Shown piece after piece: positions 8,953 through 19,580 of a stretch of DNA of 64,000 nucleotides. The notes under the pieces were generated by a model. The model was not told where the DNA came from, did not search any database, and saw only the letters and a list, made by a program, of their open reading frames with translations. The position numbers and the translations under genes were made by a program. How positions within the stretch are numbered: position 1 is the stretch's first letter; the number at the start of each line of letters is the position of its first letter. The DNA is from Nitrospirota bacterium (lineage in GTDB: Bacteria > Nitrospirota > UBA9217), in NCBI GenBank assembly GCA_963754875.1, contig CAVWHO010000016.1, forward strand, positions 320,001-384,000, given 5' to 3'.

Positions 8953-10458
8953 CTACTCCCGCACCAGGACCGTCTTGATATTCACGAACTCCTTCAGGCC
9001 GAAATGCGAAAGTTCCCTTCCGATGCCGGACTTCTTCACGCCGCCAAAAGGCAGCCGCGGGTCAGATTTTACCATATCGTTGATCGTCACGGTCCCGGTC
9101 TCGATCTGCGTTGCAAGCCGTTCTGCCCGGTCGATATTTCTGCTCCAAATCGAAGCTCCGAGCCCGAATTCGGTGTTGTTCGCCACTTTGATCGCTTCAT
9201 CCTCGCTCTTAACTGTGATTATCGGAGCGATCGGTCCAAACACCTCTTCGGTCATGATCTTCATGCTGTCCGAGGCGTTCACCACCGCGCAGGGCGAAAA
9301 GAAATATCCCTTCTTGAAGGGAGCTTGGTCCGTCTGCAGCACCTTTGCGCCTTTCGCCTTGGCGTCTTTGAGCTGCTCGTTCAGGGACTGGAGAATGTCC
9401 TTCCTGGACAGCGGGCCCACGTCCGTGGTCTCGTTCATGGGATCGCCGACCTTGAGCTCCTTGAGCCGCGCCATAAAGTGCTTCGTGAATTCATCGGCCA
9501 CCTTGTCCATGACGATGAAACGCTTTGCCGCGATGCAACTCTGGCCCGCATTGATCATGCGCGCATTGGCCGCCGTCCGCGCCGACTTCTCGATGTCCGC
9601 GTCGTCAAGCACGATATAGGGGTCCGAACCGCCGAGTTCTAGCACGACCTTCTTGATTCTGGCCCCTGCATGGGCGCCGACCTCTTCACCGGCCTTGTTG
9701 CTGCCCGTGAGCGACACCGCGTCCACCTTGTCCTCGTCGATGAGTCTCAACGTTTCCACCGAGTTTATAAGCAGGGTCTTGAAGACACTCTCCGGGAAGC
9801 CCGCCTTCTTGAAGGAATCTTCGATGGCAAGCGCCGTCATCGGGACGTTTGACGCATGCTTCAGGACGACCACGTTCCCGGCTGCGATCGACGGCACGCC
9901 GAACCGGAAGGCCTGCCAGAACGGAAAGTTCCAGGGCATGATCGCGAGCACGACGCCGAGGGGCTGGAACATGACATAGCTCTTCTTTGCCTCCGTCTTG
10001 ATCTCCTCGGGCTTCAGAAACGCCTCCGCATTGTCGGCATAATAATCCGCGAGCCAGGCGCACTTCTCGACCTCGGCGAGCGATTCTTTAATGGGCTTGC
10101 CCATTTCCTTCGTAATGAGCTCGGCGTAATTGCGTTTCTCCGCCCTGAGCACCTCAGCCAGCTTCTTCACGTATTTCACGCGCTCGGTCACCGGGATGTC
10201 GCGCCATTTCAAAAATGCGTTTCGCGAGGCGTTCAGTTGCCAGTCAACCTCCTGCCTGCTCATGAGATTGAATTCTTTTATAATCTGTTCTGTATAAGGA
10301 TTAATCGACTGTATTTTCGTCGGTTTCCGAACAACTGATTTTAACGCAGATCCTGTTTTCATTTTTTTCACCCCCTGGGAGGATACGGCTCGTTTCTTTT
10401 TGGGGCGTGCAGTTCCTTTTTTCATTGCCGCCTTAGTACGTGCTTTCGTAGTCGCCAT
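8953..10458 (-). CDS. NAD(P)-dependent succinate-semialdehyde dehydrogenase (Sad/GabD1 type) with a basic N-terminal extension
   Basis: IMPWNFPFWQ, LKHASNVP, LELGGSDPYIV, NAGQSCIAAKRF, EEVFGP, SDPRLPFGGVKKSG. Confidence 0.9.
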   Translation of the reverse strand: MATTKARTKAAMKKGTARPKKKRAVSSQGVKKMKTGSALKSVVRKPTKIQSINPYTEQIIKEFNLMSRQEVDWQLNASRNAFLKWRDIPVTERVKYVKKLAEVLRAEKRNYAELITKEMGKPIKESLAEVEKCAWLADYYADNAEAFLKPEEIKTEAKKSYVMFQPLGVVLAIMPWNFPFWQAFRFGVPSIAAGNVVVLKHASNVPMTALAIEDSFKKAGFPESVFKTLLINSVETLRLIDEDKVDAVSLTGSNKAGEEVGAHAGARIKKVVLELGGSDPYIVLDDADIEKSARTAANARMINAGQSCIAAKRFIVMDKVADEFTKHFMARLKELKVGDPMNETTDVGPLSRKDILQSLNEQLKDAKAKGAKVLQTDQAPFKKGYFFSPCAVVNASDSMKIMTEEVFGPIAPIITVKSEDEAIKVANNTEFGLGASIWSRNIDRAERLATQIETGTVTINDMVKSDPRLPFGGVKKSGIGRELSHFGLKEFVNIKTVLVRE

Positions 10459-10555
10459 CTGCGCCCTCCCTAGAAATAGTTCAAAGTTTAAAAAGCAAAA
10501 AAGCAGAAATATGATTCAACCGCAAATTGCATCCGCTTGTGACTCACATCAACTT

Positions 10556-11776
10556 CTACTTCCTCTTCTCCATCGGCTCATACGTGCACCCTATCTTGCC
10601 GCAGTAGTTGCCGATGTACTCTGACGACGGCCGGTAGAGCGCCGGTTTTCCCTGGGCGTCGCCGAACTTCTCCTCGATGATGTGCGCGGTCCAGCCCGCG
10701 ATCCGGGCCACGGCAAAGACCGGCGTCATCAGGTCCTGCGGGATGCCCATCATGTGGTAGACCGAAGCGCTGTAAAAGTCCACATTCGGCTTGATCGTGG
10801 TCTTCCCGCGTTTCTTGAATTCGGCCACCGCAGTCTCCTCGATCTGCGTGGAGAGACGGTACCACTGCTCCTGTTCCAGCTTCTCCCCAAGCCGTTTGCC
10901 CATCTCCTTCAGGAATTTCGCCCTTGGGTCGGTTGTCTTGTACACGGCGTGGCCCATGCCCATGATCTTCCGGCCGCTGTCGAGCTGCTTTTTCACCCAA
11001 CCAGCGACATCCTTCTCATTTTGAAGCTCCATCAGCATCTTCATGACCTGCGCATTGGCCCCGCCGTGCAGGCTTCCGGAAAGGGCGCCCACTCCTGCGG
11101 CGACGCCGGCGTACATGTGCGCCTGCGTCGAGACCACCTCTCGGCAGGCAAAGGTCGAGGCATTGAATGAATGGTCCGCATGGAGCACGAGCGCGGTATC
11201 GAGGTCTTTCGCCGTCTCCGGATCCGGCTTGATCCCGCTCAGTTGCCAAAGAAAGTTCGCGGCATGAGAAAGCTTGTCATCGGACGGGAGCGGTTCCAGT
11301 TCCAATCGTATCCTCTGCCAGGAGGAGACGATTTCAGCTACCCGCGCGATGAGCCGGATGGCCTTCGACATGTTCGCCTCCCGCGTTTCCAGCACAAGCT
11401 CGGGATCAGTCGTTGCCAGCAGCGGTATCGATGCCTGGAGCACATCCATGGGTTGCGCCGCTGGGGGCAGTCGCTTCATGTTCTCAATCACGAAGCCCGG
11501 CAAGCGCCTCGCCTCGACGAGCCGCCGTGAAAAATCCTTGAGTTGCTCAGGCGTGGGCAGGCTGTCGTGGAGCAGGAGATAAGTGGTTTCTTCGAACGTA
11601 GAATATCTTGCCAGGTCTTCTATCCGATAACCGCGATAGATAAGAACGCCATTCTCACCATCCACGTCGGAGATCTTCGTATCCGCAATGGTGACACCGC
11701 GCAGGCCGACGTTTTTTGTTGTTGCATCCTCGGTTGTTCTCTGTTTCATTTCTCTTGTTTGAGCATTTGCAACCAT
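10556..11776 (-). CDS. gltA: Citrate synthase (citrate/2-methylcitrate synthase family)
   Basis: GLRGV, LIYRGY, HADHSFNAST, GSLHGGAN, MGMGHAVYKTTDPR, PNVDFYS. Confidence 0.93.
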   Translation of the reverse strand: MVANAQTREMKQRTTEDATTKNVGLRGVTIADTKISDVDGENGVLIYRGYRIEDLARYSTFEETTYLLLHDSLPTPEQLKDFSRRLVEARRLPGFVIENMKRLPPAAQPMDVLQASIPLLATTDPELVLETREANMSKAIRLIARVAEIVSSWQRIRLELEPLPSDDKLSHAANFLWQLSGIKPDPETAKDLDTALVLHADHSFNASTFACREVVSTQAHMYAGVAAGVGALSGSLHGGANAQVMKMLMELQNEKDVAGWVKKQLDSGRKIMGMGHAVYKTTDPRAKFLKEMGKRLGEKLEQEQWYRLSTQIEETAVAEFKKRGKTTIKPNVDFYSASVYHMMGIPQDLMTPVFAVARIAGWTAHIIEEKFGDAQGKPALYRPSSEYIGNYCGKIGCTYEPMEKRK

Positions 11777-11798
11777 GGCTGACACCTTCCTTTTTGAA

Positions 11799-13742
11799 CT
11801 AAGCTGCCATGAGCAGTTCTCTCTTCACAAAATTCAGCGTGCCGCCTGCCAGCAAATGCCTGCGCTGGCGGTCGGACACGTCCAGGAACGTGATGATCGT
11901 TTCTCCGTCCACCTCGACCGGGATCTCCCGATCTCCCCGCTCCAGCCGTCGTTTTACATCGGGAAACGCGACCTTCGTGCCTTTGTTCAGCCTTTCGTAG
12001 TCCGCAGGATCTTTGAACGTGAGCGGGAGGATGCCGAAGTTGCAGAGATTGGACTTGTGGATCCGGGCAAAGCTCTTGACGATCTTTGCGCGTACGCCGA
12101 GATAGCGCGGCGCCAGGGCCGCATGCTCGCGGCTCGATCCCTGGCCGTAGTTCTCGCCGCCCACGACGACCACCGTACCCCGGGCCCGGCACTCTTTCGC
12201 GAAATCGGGATCGACCTGGGAAAACACGAACTCGGACAGCGCTTCGATGTTCGAACGGAACGGCAACACGCGGTTGCCTGCCGGCATGATCCCGTCCGTC
12301 GACATGTTGTCTCCCACTTTCAACACGACCTCGGCTGCGAGCGTGTCAGGCAGCGGACCGAGCTCCGGCAGCGGCTTGATGTTCGGCCCGCGGACGATCT
12401 CCGTCTTTTTGAGTTCGTCTGATGGGAAGACAATCGACTTCTCGTCGATCAGATACTGTTTCGGGTCTTCGATCGCAGGATACGCCATCTCTTTTGCCAG
12501 ATCGCGGGGATCGGTTATGACGCCCTTAATGGCTGCCGCGGTCGCTGTCTCGGGCGAGCAGAGATAGATCTTGTCGTCCTTGGTCCCGCTTCTTCCCGGA
12601 AAGTTCCGCGGAAACGTTCGCAGGCTCACTTCGCCGGTGCCCGGCGCCTGGCCCATGCCGATGCATCCCTGGCACCCGGGCTCGTGCACCCGCGCGCCCG
12701 AGGTGAGAAAGGAGAGGAGACCGCCTGCCTGATAGACATTTTCGAGCACCTGACGGCTGCCGGGGTTCACGTGGAACGACGTGTCGGGATGAACGCGCCT
12801 GCCTTCGAGCATCTTGGCGGCGATCATCAGGTCCCGGAAGGAGGAGTTCACGCTGCTGCCCACGATGGCCTGGTCGACTTTGAGGCCTGCGATCTCCCGC
12901 ACCGGCACAATATTTCCCGGCGACGACGGCTTGGCAATCAGGGGCTCCAGCTTCGAAAGATCGATCTCGGCATATTCATTGTACAGGGCGCCTTCGTCGG
13001 CAGAAAGCGGGACCCAGGAAGCGCCCCGTCCCTGGGCGATCATATACTCCCGCGTACGTTCATCGGACGGGAAGATCGAGGTCGTGGCGCCCGTCTCGGT
13101 TCCCATGTTGCCGATGGTTTCCCGGTCCGTGGCTGAAAGGGTTTTCACGCCCGGTCCGTAATACTCGATGATCTTTCCCACGCATCCCTTGACGTCGTAG
13201 CGCCTGAGCATTTCGAGGATCACGTCTTTCGCACTCACCCAATCGGGAAGCTTCCCAATGAGCTTCACCCCGAGGACTTTGGGGCAGGGGAGAAAGTAAG
13301 GGTAACCGGCCATGGCCAGTGCCACGTCCAGCCCGCCTGCGCCGATGCCGAGCATCGAGATGCCGGCGGCCCCCGGGGTATGACTGTCCGCGCCGAGGAG
13401 GGTCTTGCCCGGGACGCCGAAACGCTCCATATGCACCTGGTGGGAAACGCCGTTACCGGGCCTGCTGAAATTGACGCCGTACCGGGCGGCCGCGGTCTGG
13501 AGAAATTTATGGTCGTCCGCGTTCTTATTGTCCGTCTGGAGGAGGTTGTGGTCCACATACTGCGCGGCGAGCTCGGCTTTCACCCGGTCGATGCCGATTG
13601 CTTCAAACTCCAGCATCGCAAGTGTGCCGGTCGCGTCCTGCAGTAAGGTATGGTCGATCGTGATGCCGATCTCCCTGCCCGGGACCAGCTCTCCCTCCTT
13701 CAGATGGGCTTCCAAAATCTTATTCGTAAGGTTTTTTTTCAA
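11799..13742 (-). CDS. Aconitate hydratase (short, ~650-aa type)
   Basis: LQDATGT, YVDHN, GADSHT, GCQGCIGMGQAP, TFPRNFPGRSG, NYGQGSSREHAALAP; TTG start. Confidence 0.93.
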   Translation of the reverse strand: MKKNLTNKILEAHLKEGELVPGREIGITIDHTLLQDATGTLAMLEFEAIGIDRVKAELAAQYVDHNLLQTDNKNADDHKFLQTAAARYGVNFSRPGNGVSHQVHMERFGVPGKTLLGADSHTPGAAGISMLGIGAGGLDVALAMAGYPYFLPCPKVLGVKLIGKLPDWVSAKDVILEMLRRYDVKGCVGKIIEYYGPGVKTLSATDRETIGNMGTETGATTSIFPSDERTREYMIAQGRGASWVPLSADEGALYNEYAEIDLSKLEPLIAKPSSPGNIVPVREIAGLKVDQAIVGSSVNSSFRDLMIAAKMLEGRRVHPDTSFHVNPGSRQVLENVYQAGGLLSFLTSGARVHEPGCQGCIGMGQAPGTGEVSLRTFPRNFPGRSGTKDDKIYLCSPETATAAAIKGVITDPRDLAKEMAYPAIEDPKQYLIDEKSIVFPSDELKKTEIVRGPNIKPLPELGPLPDTLAAEVVLKVGDNMSTDGIMPAGNRVLPFRSNIEALSEFVFSQVDPDFAKECRARGTVVVVGGENYGQGSSREHAALAPRYLGVRAKIVKSFARIHKSNLCNFGILPLTFKDPADYERLNKGTKVAFPDVKRRLERGDREIPVEVDGETIITFLDVSDRQRRHLLAGGTLNFVKRELLMAA

Positions 13743-14098
13743 TCCTGAGCACCCGCTTTCTTGATCGCCGTCCCTTTAACAGGGATTGAATTTGTCCTTT
13801 TTTCAAGTATCTGCATCCGTAGCACTCAAAACGGCCGTACGCTTGTTCGTTTTTTTTCTTTAATATAATTTTACCACGGTTAGAAGCCCTTTGGGGAACA
13901 AGGCTGGATATTGCGGCGGGCTGATGCCGATCCTATCCGGAAAAGCGACATGACCGCTCAAAAAATGGTCATAAGGGGTCACAGCGGCACGGCGCGCCGG
14001 ACGTTTCCGCGGTACGTAGTTCCTCGTGAGCTTGGTGTCTTCGTATGAGAATATGGTTGCAGGATCCCGAGTACATTCCGCAAACCCTTTAGCGTTCC

Positions 14099-16768
14099 CT
14101 ACTCCGGATTCGGCCCGACCGTAATCTGGACGAAATCCGCGGGCCGGACCCATTTGGCAAATGCGTCTCGCACCTGGTCCGCTGTTGTCTCCAGAAACTT
14201 TCCCGCAGCCCGGACAGACTCGTCGAGCGGCAGATCGTCGAGTGAACGGGAGAGCAGCGTTCCGGCGATGCCGTCCATGCTCGCTTCCCCGAGCGGGACC
14301 TGTCTTACCAGGAGCGTCTTGGCACGCCGCAGTTCCTCCTCCGTGACCGGCGTCGTCTGCATCTCGCGCAGGTTGCGCTCCACCATGGCCCGTGCTTTGG
14401 ACGCATTCGGCGGGTCACAGGCATAGGCGACGCCAAAGAGTGACCTGTTCTTTCCCGCCTCAATGAACGAGTCCACGGTATAGACCAGGCCAGCCTTCTC
14501 GCGCAGGTCGCGGTACAGCCGCGTGGCATAGAATGCGCCGGACAGCACGTGGTTGCCGAGCTGGAGTTTATAATAGTCGGGATGTGTGCGCGTCACCCCG
14601 ACCGTCTCGGCGAGCGTCACCTGGTCCTGGACCCTGCTCGCGTCGGGTATGACGGGACGTTGATGGTTTGTTCGGCGGCACCGGCGGGAGGTCTGTTTGA
14701 GGCTTTTTCCCCGCTGCTTTCCATGCGCCGAAATATTTTTCAACCGCTGCCCGCGCCCGCTCAGGCGTCACCTGCCCGATGATCACGATGGTCGTCATGT
14801 CCGGACGGAAGGCCTTTGCGTAATAGGCCTTTACGTCCTTGAGAGTAAGCGTTGCCACAGACTTCGGCGTGGCGTCGCGGAGGACCGGGTCGTCCTTGGG
14901 ATAGAGAGCTTCGCGCAGCGCTCGTTGCGAAAGATAGGCTGGGCTCTGGATCTGCCCCTGAAGAGAGCCGATCGTTTCCTGCTGACTCACGGTAAATGCT
15001 GATTCGGGAAGCGCCGGGTGCAGCAGGTTGTCTGCAAGGAGCTCCATTCCGCGCTCGAATCGGTCCGAAAGGACCCTGAGCGAGAACGACGTGCCCGCTG
15101 ATATGTCCGCCGCAATGTCGTCCTGGGCCTTCTGGAAGGCGATCCGATCAAGGGACGTCGTCCCGTATGAGAAAAGGCCCCCCAGCACGTCCGAAACCCC
15201 TTCTTTGTCCATCGGCTCCTCAAGATCGTCGTTGTTTTTCACCTGCCCGATGAGGCTGACGGTGGGGCTTACACTCTCCGGCTGAACGATCAAGCGGATC
15301 CCGTTGGGGAGGATGGTCACGACGGGGCTTAACTTCGACGTTGGAAGGACAGGCACTGCCTCCGCCTTCTTGGCCCAGGCGGGAAGTTCAACCGGCTTGG
15401 TGCCGCTCGGCGCGAAGGACTCCCTGCCCCCGAAGCCCTTCGAAGCCACGGGTTTGCCCGAGGGGCGAGGTGTGAGAACGGCCGTGATGGCCGTATCGTT
15501 AATCAGGTACTGTCTGGCCACGCGCTTCACGTCCTCTACCGTCACCTTCCTGATCGCATTGATGTCGTCATCAGGAGAGCTGCGGCCCTCGATTGCGACG
15601 GCCTCGGACCAGGCGGATGCAAGTCCTGCCACGGAATTCTTCTGGAATTCCGCATCTGCTATTTCATGCCGCTTGGACGCTTCGACAAGGTCGGCCGGCA
15701 CGCCGTTCTTCAGGTACCCGGCAATGATGTTCTTTAGCATGCTTACCAGCGCCGCTCCGTCCCCTCCCTGGGGAAACGCAGCGAGCGCATAGCCATACCC
15801 TGCCTTGGGCAGAATGCCTCCGTCGAAGGTGGTAAAGAGCGCTTTCCCCTCAGGGACCAGGGCGTAGAGATTTCCTCTCTTACTGTCCAGCACATCGGCA
15901 AGAATCGTTCCTGCAGCGAAATCCGGGCTGTCATATCCCGGCAGACGATAGGCCACGACCGCAAGTCCGTAGGGAAGATCGGTATCGAGGGCGATGGACG
16001 CCGCCTTGGGCGGCTGCAGAGTGATTGCTGGCCGTGCTGGCACGAGACCGCCGGGGGATCGGCTCGAACAGTTCCTTCACCTTTGCCAGCGTTTTCTGCG
16101 GGTCTGACGTCGCCTACGATGACGAGGACGGCATTGTTCGGAGCGTACCAGGTATCATAGAACTGCTTCAGCATGGCGCCCGTTGTCTTCTGGAACGAGG
16201 GGCGCGTGCCGAGCGCGTCATGGGCATAGGGCGTCCCCGTGAACATCGCCGCCAGGAGCTGCATGGAAAAAAGATAATCCGGGCTCGACAGATCCTGCGC
16301 CACCTCCTGTTCGATCGCACCCCGTTCCTGCTCCCAGAGCTCCTGCGAGTCGAGCACGCCGTGCATACGCATGGCTTCCACGTTCAGGGCCACGTCGAGG
16401 TCGTCCTTCGGCACGGTAAAAAAATACTGGGTCACGGTCTGCTGCGTGTCGGCGTTAAACTCGCCGCCCATGAGCGCCATGATGTTCGAGAGCTGGGCCG
16501 CGGACAGCCCCGGGCTCCCGCGAAACATCATGTGTTCCTGCGCGTGCGCCGTGCCCGGGAACCCCTCCGGCGCTTCATTGGAACCGACGAGATAGTTCAC
16601 CTCCGTGGTCACCACCGGCGCCAGTTGGTTTTCCACGATCACGACGCGCAGGCCGTTTTCTAAAGTCGCGCGCAGCACAGCACCGTTCGCGGCATACAAT
16701 GTTGAAACAATGACTATCAGAAATAATGTACTGAACGAAAAGAAGAGAAGTGACTTACAAGTCTTCAT
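14099..16768 (-). CDS. M16 family zinc peptidase (pitrilysin/PqqL-like), split by two frameshifts
   Basis: Inverted zinc motif HAQEH; ORFs 15743-16768, 14568-16043 and 14099-14743 carry consecutive M16 domains. Confidence 0.88.
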
Positions 16769-16823
16769 GATGATCTCCTGCGGGAAGGCAAGGTACTTAC
16801 GCCGGGATAAACGCGTATACTAA

Positions 16824-16851
16824 ATTGTAGCGCAGACGAACGGAATGTCAA
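16824..16851 (-). promoter_or_regulatory. Sigma70-type promoter of the M16 peptidase gene
   Basis: TTGACA-16 nt-TACAAT on the minus strand. Confidence 0.6.
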
Positions 16852-16907
16852 CAACGGAGAGAGTGGCTATGGGCAAATAAAAAGTATGCCTCGATTTTAT
16901 GTCTGTA

Positions 16908-17444
16908 TCAATTCGGGAGGAGAGTAATCTGGGCGGCCTCGATGACTGGCTTCCCCTTCCTCGTGGTAATCACCCTGCCCTTCACGAGGACACGCTCGCC
17001 CTTCGGCTGTACAGGGGAAAGAGAATTCGGGATCCGTCCGGTTATATAGATGCACCCCGTTTCATCTTCCAACACCCAGTCGCTTCGGGTGATGAACGGC
17101 GAAACACATTTGCCTGTCCATCCACGGAACACGCCTTCCAGCACGATCTCCTTTTCGGTGAAAAGAGTTGGATTTTCCTGGATTGCCCTGACCGTTACAC
17201 CACTGCCCGAACGTGCAGGCTGCGAGGGTGGAACAGCGTCTTTGCTTTGTTCCACGGGTTGCTTCGCACCCATTGCGAACAGCGGTGTGGCCGGCATGAT
17301 GACAAGCGCTGCCACTGCAGCTGCCTGGATGATGCTCATGGCAAAGCATCGAGCGCCGCCGACAAGGTCGCCTATGTTCGCTCCGGCCCCCTCCTTCACA
17401 GGGAGAGGGCCGGAAGGCGGTGATGTGATCCTATTGTTCTTCAA
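16908..17444 (-). CDS. Exported hypothetical protein, probable OB-fold (start uncertain)
   Basis: Hydrophobic signal-like segment; TRSDWVLEDETGCIYITG; follows the clostripain gene. Confidence 0.6.
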   Translation of the reverse strand: MKNNRITSPPSGPLPVKEGAGANIGDLVGGARCFAMSIIQAAAVAALVIMPATPLFAMGAKQPVEQSKDAVPPSQPARSGSGVTVRAIQENPTLFTEKEIVLEGVFRGWTGKCVSPFITRSDWVLEDETGCIYITGRIPNSLSPVQPKGERVLVKGRVITTRKGKPVIEAAQITLLPN

Positions 17445-17472
17445 AGCCCGATTACCTCATTGTCCCGAGCTC

Positions 17473-19365
17473 TCACTTCCCCAACCCGAACAGCAGTCGA
17501 GACCCCTTTTTGTAACGAAGGATATACTGGCTGCTCTTGTCGACAGTCGGCGGATTACTCCCCAGGGGGAACGAGGAAGTCAATGCTTTCGTAATCGAGA
17601 AAGGGACCCACCAGTCGGAGTAGTTATTCAAATCTGCCACGCTCGTAAGGGCCTGCCCCTGCCACGGACTCGAAAGATTCAGGATTATCGGGGAAGGATA
17701 TTGCAAGGTCACTCCGAGGCCTGCGGTGTTTGCTTCATGCCAGTTACTGTCTCCCAAATTTACCGGATCATACATATAGAGACGCGCGAGGGCCGTCGTG
17801 CAGGTGGGTCCGCTGGCATAATCGTTGACTAAGAAGTAGTAGTCCCCTGCCAGTACCTGGTCGTTGGCAAGATAATATTCCTCCGACTTGTCGGAAACGC
17901 TGGAATCCTGCGAGAAGAATCCATTGGGGCTCGTTTGCCCCATATAGGGAGCATGCAGGCTGCCGTTACCGGTCGTAGCAAAATCGACAGCAGGCTCCCA
18001 CACATAGAGGTCAAGATCGGCATCGCAAGCCTGACCGCTCACGTAATTGGTCCAGGTAATCTTGATGCCGAAGTTGCCCGGCTTGTAGACAGCCGTACCT
18101 CCGCCGGAGCCGGTCAGAAGGTAATTGATGTATGATCCCCACGTGCCGCTTGCCGACGTTCGTGAAGTGAGATTACACTTGAGCTGACTATACTGGGCAA
18201 GTTCGGTTGAATTTGTTTCATTAGCCTGAGGCACGTAGATCGCCAAACCATGGGAGTTCGCTACGCTAGTCCCTGTCGTTTTACTGTCAACCACGACACT
18301 GCCCATCAAGGTCATGATTTCCGCACTGAGCGTTTTTGCCGTTCCCGATGTCCCGGAGGAAAGATTTGTGTTCAGGCTCTTGCAAAATTCATAGAGATCA
18401 TGGTTCGCGGTATACTCATAATTCTGGGTATTATTCTGTGCGTTTTGCACCGCTGCCGTTGCCGTAGTATCGTTTGTCAGCGCCTTGGCGAGTGCGACGA
18501 CTTTAGCGTCCAGCGCGTCGATCTGTGACATGTCAATAGCCGACTTTGTCGTACCTTCCCGCGTGTCGGGAACGTAAAAAGCATTGTAGTTGTCAACGAT
18601 CGTGGCCGCCAGGGTTCGGCCTGTCATGGATGGATTTGCCGACAAGGCGCCCAGGATCGTATCGTAGGGGTCCCCGGTTCCCGGCTCGGTCTGCTCGGAG
18701 AGGGCCATATAGTCTGTCAAGCCTCGGAACTCATAGGCGACTTCATACATGGCCATGAGGCAGGCGTCAAAGTTGATAACGTCGAAATGGACGCCGGAAT
18801 CCGCAACGCCTTTTGCCAAATCGGGAAGGCTCATAAAGTTACCGCTCGTGTCATCCAGGACCGCTCCTTTCAGCGGGCTCCGCAGCTTGTTCGTTTTCCA
18901 GCCGCCGCCGTGGTCCCAGATAACCAGGGCATAGTGCTGTGCCGGATAGTTCGTTTTGGCCCAGTTGATGAAATCCGTCAAGGCCGCAGGCGTAGCCATA
19001 TCGACATACCCGATGCCCGTACCGGCATTCAGATTCACGGCGTTCGGATTGCCGTCGTTCTCGACATAGATCCTGCCGGCAACAGCTTGTGTTATGCCGG
19101 AAGCGGCAGAGTATTGCGGGCTGAATTCCGCCTGCACAACGATCGCAAGTGGACCCGACGAGCCGACCTTTTCCATGTCGTTCAAGTTATACAGGCCCGC
19201 ATCGGACAAATTGTTGTTCGCGCCCATATAGACCATGTAGGTCCACTGGCGCGTACCCGAATTTGTTGACGGTGAAGAACTGCCACCTCCACCGCCGCAA
19301 GACCACACACCAAGAGATAGGAACAGGATACCAATGATATGCAGATGCAATCTTCGTCTTTTCAT
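17473..19365 (-). CDS. Clostripain-family (peptidase C11) lipoprotein with an extra C-terminal domain
   Basis: Lipobox-like VWSC followed by a G/S linker; WTYMVYMGANNNL, catalytic WDHGGGW and FDACLM; C-terminal DADLDLYVWEP. Confidence 0.88.
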   Translation of the reverse strand: MKRRRLHLHIIGILFLSLGVWSCGGGGGSSSPSTNSGTRQWTYMVYMGANNNLSDAGLYNLNDMEKVGSSGPLAIVVQAEFSPQYSAASGITQAVAGRIYVENDGNPNAVNLNAGTGIGYVDMATPAALTDFINWAKTNYPAQHYALVIWDHGGGWKTNKLRSPLKGAVLDDTSGNFMSLPDLAKGVADSGVHFDVINFDACLMAMYEVAYEFRGLTDYMALSEQTEPGTGDPYDTILGALSANPSMTGRTLAATIVDNYNAFYVPDTREGTTKSAIDMSQIDALDAKVVALAKALTNDTTATAAVQNAQNNTQNYEYTANHDLYEFCKSLNTNLSSGTSGTAKTLSAEIMTLMGSVVVDSKTTGTSVANSHGLAIYVPQANETNSTELAQYSQLKCNLTSRTSASGTWGSYINYLLTGSGGGTAVYKPGNFGIKITWTNYVSGQACDADLDLYVWEPAVDFATTGNGSLHAPYMGQTSPNGFFSQDSSVSDKSEEYYLANDQVLAGDYYFLVNDYASGPTCTTALARLYMYDPVNLGDSNWHEANTAGLGVTLQYPSPIILNLSSPWQGQALTSVADLNNYSDWWVPFSITKALTSSFPLGSNPPTVDKSSQYILRYKKGSRLLFGLGK

Positions 19366-19580
19366 ACCAGCCTCTCCCTTCGAATACCATAAGGTTGCGA
19401 TGGTGAGCCTGATTCTATACTGGACAATCGAACTGGTCAAGGAAAGAAGTAGGGTATTTTTAGGGTAGGCAATGATTAAGGAGGGGAGGGCACAAATGCA
19501 AAATCACAATTTTACCCATGGCCAGGCAGGCGCTTTTTCAAGATCTCGCAGGCGCCCCTCCCTGCATCAAGAGTGTCGGA

